NCBI GenBank assembly: GCA_963704125.1
Contig: CAVPHA010000011.1
Location: 3,801 to 67,800 of the forward strand
Reading direction: 5' to 3'
From: an uncultured Acidobacteriota bacterium
Lineage (GTDB): Bacteria; Acidobacteriota; Thermoanaerobaculia; Thermoanaerobaculales; Sulfomarinibacteraceae
DNA length: 64,000 bases
Positions 59,559 through 64,000 of this stretch are shown here, one piece after another; the first letter of the stretch is position 1, and each line of letters begins with the position of its first letter. The position numbers and the translations under genes were made by a program. Below the pieces are notes generated by a model. It was not told where the DNA came from. It ran no database searches and saw only the letters and a program-made list of their open reading frames with translations.

Positions 59559-60692
59559 CTACCTTCGGAGCAGGGCAAGGGACTCCACCTGCCGGGTCTG
59601 GGGCATCATGTCGATGGCCTGAACCGAGACGAGCGCGAAGCCGCCGTCCACGAGGACGGCCAGATCACGGCCAAGGGTCTCGGGATCACATGAGAGATAG
59701 GCCACCGAGTGGGCCGTCGATGTCACGACCCCTTGAAGTGCCGGAGGATCCGCGCCGACCGCCGACGGATTGAGGATGATGGCGTCGGGTTTCTCCGACC
59801 CCAGGCGACGCAGGGTGCGGTGGATCGGATCGGCCAGGGTCTCGACGTTGGTGACCTTTCCGATCTTGATGGATGCGCGAGCGTCGGCCACCGAGCTTCT
59901 CACTCCCTCGACACAAAGAACCTGCCGGAAGAGGCGGCGCAGGGCGAGACCGTGGGTCCCGACCCCGGCGTAAAGATCGATGAGCAGGTCTCCCTTGCCA
60001 AAGAACTCACCCATCCGCGAGTGGATCTCGGGCAGGAGACCGAGATTGACCTGGAAGAACGAACCGGGCGAGACCCGCAGCGACATCCCGGCCGACTCGA
60101 TAAAGACCTCGCGGGCGCCGAATACGGGTTCGATCGGGCCCTTGATGACTTGAGCGCCGCCCTTCGGATTGAGATTGACCCCGATGCCGACGACGTGCGG
60201 GCAGGCCTCGGCGATCTCCTCGACAGGCAGGCGGGGCATGGTCTCGGCCTTGACCACCAGGGTCAGGTGCTGGCGCGTCGGGTCGGTGCCGCAACGAAGA
60301 TCGATGTGGCGCAGATTGAACGGGAATTTCTTGGACGCGTTGAGCAAACGGCGCAGGTGGCGGGTGGTCTCGAGCAGTTCCGGGATCAGAACGCCGCAAT
60401 CCGGCGCGTCCACCACCGTGCGGCTCTTGCGTTGAAAGTAGCCGAGCGAGGACTTGCGTTCGCGATCGCTGGAGATCGTCATCTTGGCCCGGTTCCGGTA
60501 GCCCTCGACCCGCGGTGACGGCACGGTGGGCAGGACCTGACGTTTGTCCAAGCGCAGGGTTTTGCCGAGCACATCGAAGATCCGTTGCCGCTTGCGCTCG
60601 AGCTGGATACCATAACGCTGGCCCAGGAACGAGCAGGCGCCGCACGTGTCGCGATGTGGACAATCGACCGTTCGGTCGTCGAGGGATTTCAT
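59559..60692 (-). CDS. RumA/TrmA-family SAM-dependent RNA (uracil-5) methyltransferase
   Basis: N-terminal Cys cluster CPHRDTCGACS, SAM motif DLYAGVG, and the catalytic-Cys block VAYLSCDPETLGRDL. Confidence 0.85.
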   Translation of the reverse strand: MKSLDDRTVDCPHRDTCGACSFLGQRYGIQLERKRQRIFDVLGKTLRLDKRQVLPTVPSPRVEGYRNRAKMTISSDRERKSSLGYFQRKSRTVVDAPDCGVLIPELLETTRHLRRLLNASKKFPFNLRHIDLRCGTDPTRQHLTLVVKAETMPRLPVEEIAEACPHVVGIGVNLNPKGGAQVIKGPIEPVFGAREVFIESAGMSLRVSPGSFFQVNLGLLPEIHSRMGEFFGKGDLLIDLYAGVGTHGLALRRLFRQVLCVEGVRSSVADARASIKIGKVTNVETLADPIHRTLRRLGSEKPDAIILNPSAVGADPPALQGVVTSTAHSVAYLSCDPETLGRDLAVLVDGGFALVSVQAIDMMPQTRQVESLALLRR

Positions 60693-60783
60693 GATGGCCA
60701 GTGTACTCCGCACGCCCATATCCGCGATCAAGCCGGGCGTTGTGTCTTTCGCTAGCCGCGGTGGGTGCCGGACAGGGATTCCC

Positions 60784-61248
60784 TCACGAGGACGCCATTT
60801 CCTCTTTGAGAAAACGCTGGTGTTCGCGTTCTTCCTCTGCGAGGCCCTCGAGGATTGCCACCGTCTGCGGATCGGAAATGTAGTCCACGGCCTGGCAAAA
60901 GTAGGCTTCCGCCCGCTCCTCGGCGCCGAGCGCCAGCAAATACGCCTGTTCGAGAGTGAACGATGTGCCGACCGCATCGAAATCGGGCACCTCCACCTCC
61001 CATGGTGCGCTGTCGATGTAGCGGGAGGGTTGATCGCCGAACAAGGCTCGCCGTCGCTCCTCGATCTGACTGTCGTGCTGACCCTCGAGTCGAGCCATCC
61101 TCTGAAAGAACTTCGCTGCACCAGGGCTGTTTTTCTCGGCCCACGAGGCGAGAAGGAGGTAGTTTTCCGCCGCCTCTCGTTCGATGAAACACGCGAGATC
61201 AAGCACATCCATCGCATCGAGCATGGAAAAATCGAATTCAACGGCCAT
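60784..61248 (-). CDS. ferritin-like / rubrerythrin-family diiron protein (154 aa)
   Basis: Two E…ExxH pairs: EREAAENY…LEGQH and AEERAEAY…EEEREHQRF. Confidence 0.75.
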   Translation of the reverse strand: MAVEFDFSMLDAMDVLDLACFIEREAAENYLLLASWAEKNSPGAAKFFQRMARLEGQHDSQIEERRRALFGDQPSRYIDSAPWEVEVPDFDAVGTSFTLEQAYLLALGAEERAEAYFCQAVDYISDPQTVAILEGLAEEEREHQRFLKEEMASS

Positions 61249-61473
61249 CAGTACCTCCTACGAGATGCAACGTTGCAGGCGGCTTCCATAATCCACCCGG
61301 CGGCCGCTGGCCAAATCCTGACACCATGAACCCACTCTTGGAATAGGACCTTGGATGGCCATCAGTGCCACCCACCGCACCCATCAGTGTGAACGTGGCA
61401 TCGACCGGCACCCGTCCGATGCCGTCATTGACGGAGTGGAAGCCGTCGCCCCCGACGACCTTCATCTGAGTGG

Positions 61474-63390
61474 CTACCAGGCCACACCGTAGTCCTCGCC
61501 ATAGTCGCTTGCACCGCCCCACATGGTGCCGGTCTCAGGATCGAAGAAGATGGCGGTGATGGGGCTGTAGGTGCGCGTCGACCGTCTCCACCGAATATCC
61601 CATCCGACCCAGTTCGCCGCGTGCCCATTCGGAGACCTTCGGCTGTCACCTGCAATCGTCCGGGTTCGGCCTGTGTGGGCGCCGAAGGAACTCTGCATCT
61701 GATAGCTGGTGATGTTGTGGGCCTCGGCCGCCTGCTGCACGTTCATGTCGAACTCGACCATGTTGAGGAAGAACTGCAGGAGATTCTGCTCCTGGGTGTC
61801 GCCGCCCTGCACCGAAAAGGCGATCAGGGGCTTGCCGTTCTTGACCGCGATACTCGGTGTCAGCGTCGCTCGCGGACGTTGACCCGGTTGCACCACGTTG
61901 AACGGATTCATCGTCTCGCTGAGCACAAAGCTCTGCATGCGTTGCGAAAGACCGATGCCGGTGCTGCCGGCGATGAATGCGGGGATCCAGCCGCCGCTGG
62001 GAGTGACCGACACGACCCAGCCTTCGGCATCAGCGGCCTGAATCGAAGTCGTGCCGGCGACAAAACTCTCGTCATCGGTCATCAGGCTCGCCTGTTGAAA
62101 TCCGTCGACGCCATCCGCGTCGGCGGTCGGCGGGATCGGACTCCAGTTCTTCAACAGGTCGAGAAACGGATTCGCCTCACCCTGGAAGGGATAGGGGTCG
62201 CCCGGGTGGACGTCCGGGTCGTTTCGCTGCGTGTTCATCTCCTCTCGGCGCTGCTTCGCATACTCCTTGGAAAGCAGACCCGCGATGGGTTCCTCGGGCG
62301 GCACATACGGGTCGCCGTAGTAGAAGTCCCGGTCGGCGAACGCGAGATTCATGGCCTGATACAAGGTGTGGATATAGCGGGCGCTGTTGTAGCCCATTGC
62401 CCTGAGATCGATGGCCTCGAGGATGTTCAGCGCCTGCAGCAGAGCCGGGACCTTGAACCCAGGTCGTGAGTTTGTAGACATCGATGCCCTTGTAGTTGGT
62501 CGTCACGGGTTCCTCGATGTGGACCTGCCACTGATCCAGATCTTCCATGGTGAACAGACCGCCGTGCTCCCGCGATGAGCGGACGATCTCCTCGGCGATA
62601 TCGCCGCGATAGAAGCGATCGTAGGCCGCGTAGATCGCTTGCTTGCGGGTCTTGCCGGCCTTGAGAGCCTCGGCCTCGGTGGCGACCAGTTTCCTCAGCG
62701 TTGCGAGCAGATCCGTTTGGCGAAACACTTCGCCCGCCACCGGGGCTGCTCGCTGATCGCCGTTCTCCTCATCGAGGTGGGGGAGGAACACGCTCTCTGA
62801 ATACGGCCACCGCGACAGGATGTCGCGGTGGCGTTCCATGTTGTCGGCCTGCGACTTCTCGATGGGATAGCCCGCGGCCATCTCCATCGCCGGCGCCAGA
62901 ACCTGGGCGAGGCTCAGACGGCCGTACTCGGCCAGCATGACCATGAGCCCACCCGGCGTACCCGGAGTGACCGCCGCAAGTGGGCCGTACTCCGGTGGAT
63001 AGACCATGCCCCGTTCCTTGAAGAACTCCGCCGTCGCTCCTGTGGGCGCGACACCGAGGGCGTTGATCCCCTTGACCTCGCCGGTGTGCGGGTTGTAGAT
63101 CAGCGCCTGGGTTTCGCCACCCCAGCCCAGGGTGTCCCACATCGTCGACGTGGCCGCCAGCATGGCGCAGGCCGCATCCACCGCATTGCCGCCGCGAGTG
63201 AAGGTCATCGCTCCCGGCGGTCGCGGCCAGCGGTTTTCCGGTCACGGCCACCCAATGGGAGCCGTGCAGCACGGGCTTCGCCAGTTTTCTGCGCCTGTGC
63301 CGTCGTCGGGAACCAGAGCAAGCCGACCAGGAATACCAACGCAATCGAAAACGCGTCGCGGGCATTGTCAAGACATCGAGGGTGCGGCAT
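61474..63390 (-). pseudogene. ggt: gamma-glutamyltransferase, at least 6 frameshifts
   Basis: Signal peptide MPHPRCLDNARDAFSIALVFLVGLLWFPTTAQA. Collinear GGT blocks in alternating frames: LAKPVLHGSHWVAVTGKPLAATAG, FTRGGNAVDAACAMLAATSTMWD…, FKVPALLQALNILEAI…, nucleophile context VAGTTSIQAAD, EPGRLQVTAEG, SEWARGELGRMGYSVETVD and ITAIFFDPETGTMWGGASDYGEDYGVAW-stop. Shifts lie near 63290, 63210, 62470 and three within 61560-61680. Confidence 0.85.
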
Positions 63391-64000
63391 GAAAGACTCC
63401 TTGTTGCGATGCCATCGAGGGATGGCGAAGAGACGCTTTCGGTTTCCAAGTGCAATAGTAGCCCGCTCTTCTGCCCTCAGCTCGATGACCTGGCCGAGAC
63501 GGGCCACCACCGCGATGTCGAGGCTGACTGCCGGAGGCTGTGCGAGTGGTACGGCGAAACGAGCGATGGCCCGCCTGTCCTCCGCGTCGTGCTGTTGGTC
63601 GATGTTGCGCCGTAGGGCGAGGTTTTCGGGCAGGTGGGGACCGCGGCCGGCAATTCGAACGGCACACTGCCACCGGCCCTCGCCGTCCCGCCGGGAATGG
63701 GTGATCAGAAAACCACCCTCGGCGCCATCGGCAAGAACGTATGCGAAACCATGACCGGCGCGGATCTCCTGATCGCTTGCCAGCACGGCGGTGCCCTTGG
63801 AGCGCGACACTCGAAGCAACCGCGCATCCGGCTCGGCAGACGGCTCCGCTCCGATCACCCTGCAGCCCTCTCCCAGCTCGCCGTTCATGGGTCCGGTCGT
63901 AAACGGGCGGGCAAAGACCTCGCGCAGGCGTCGCTGCCAGGGCGCGCTGTCCAGGGCGGCGCCTTGTTCCCATGCCGTCCGCTCCGGCTTTCGCCACCGC
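63391..64000 (-). CDS. partial hypothetical ORF running off the right edge
   Basis: The frame is open from the window edge (…LLRVSRSKGTAVLASDQEIRAGHGFAYVLADGAEGGFLITH…). There is no stop before the GGT start codon, which is in the same frame, so its 3' end is unclear. No family recognised. Confidence 0.25.

Noticed and set aside
63205-63888. 227-aa ORF that appears to fuse an upstream protein to the GGT signal peptide.
   Set aside because: The continuity arises because no stop happens to separate the two in that frame. GGT has its own ATG and signal peptide at 63390, and the upstream part has no recognisable family. It is reported only as a low-confidence partial ORF.

Overview
GC-rich bacterial chromosomal fragment (GC judged by eye, not computed) with about 50 protein genes and no rRNA, tRNA or CRISPR that I can support. 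Tandem ADOP-type duplicated FtsX permeases, a Ser/Thr-kinase-TolB-propeller fusion and dense REP-like intergenic repeats suggest an Acidobacteriota-like organism; this is inference only. Housekeeping and accessory genes include a Dcp-like M3 peptidase, an IS91-family transposase relic, an EamA transporter, an SDR, an RND efflux pair, a penicillin-acylase-family hydrolase, a GST, a hybrid sensor kinase and a class-V aminotransferase. Further along are pirin, an APH-like kinase with an acyl-CoA dehydrogenase, a LuxR regulator, nitronate monooxygenase, a RumA-type RNA methyltransferase, a ferritin-like protein and GGT. Four blocks look unusual. (1) 13.4-21.4 kb is an island of exported proteins of unknown function, built on a repeated domain of about 230 aa. 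It is bracketed by two diverged direct copies of a lipoprotein gene, each with a conserved sigma54-type promoter. (2) 36.8-42.0 kb holds a small exported ORF plus a radical SAM/SPASM enzyme, then an exported 18-Cys triple-repeat lipoprotein, a Cys-cluster membrane protein and an OprC-like TonB-dependent copper receptor that keeps the CxxxM and HxM metal ligands. (3) 45.6-55.9 kb is an accessory-looking stretch with gene relics (amidohydrolase, patatin, NlpC/P60, DUF1697). It contains a translationally coupled operon of small ORF, cytoplasmic S8 subtilase, MBL-fold protein and NlpC/P60, next to a 900-aa exported protein. (4) At least ten copies of a dispersed REP/MITE-like repeat family lie between genes. 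Gene integrity is strikingly bimodal. Some genes carry 4-7 frameshifts each and there are three in-frame TAG codons, while neighbouring blocks of 5-6 kb are intact. This could be real decay or uncorrected indel errors, and the sequence alone cannot decide.
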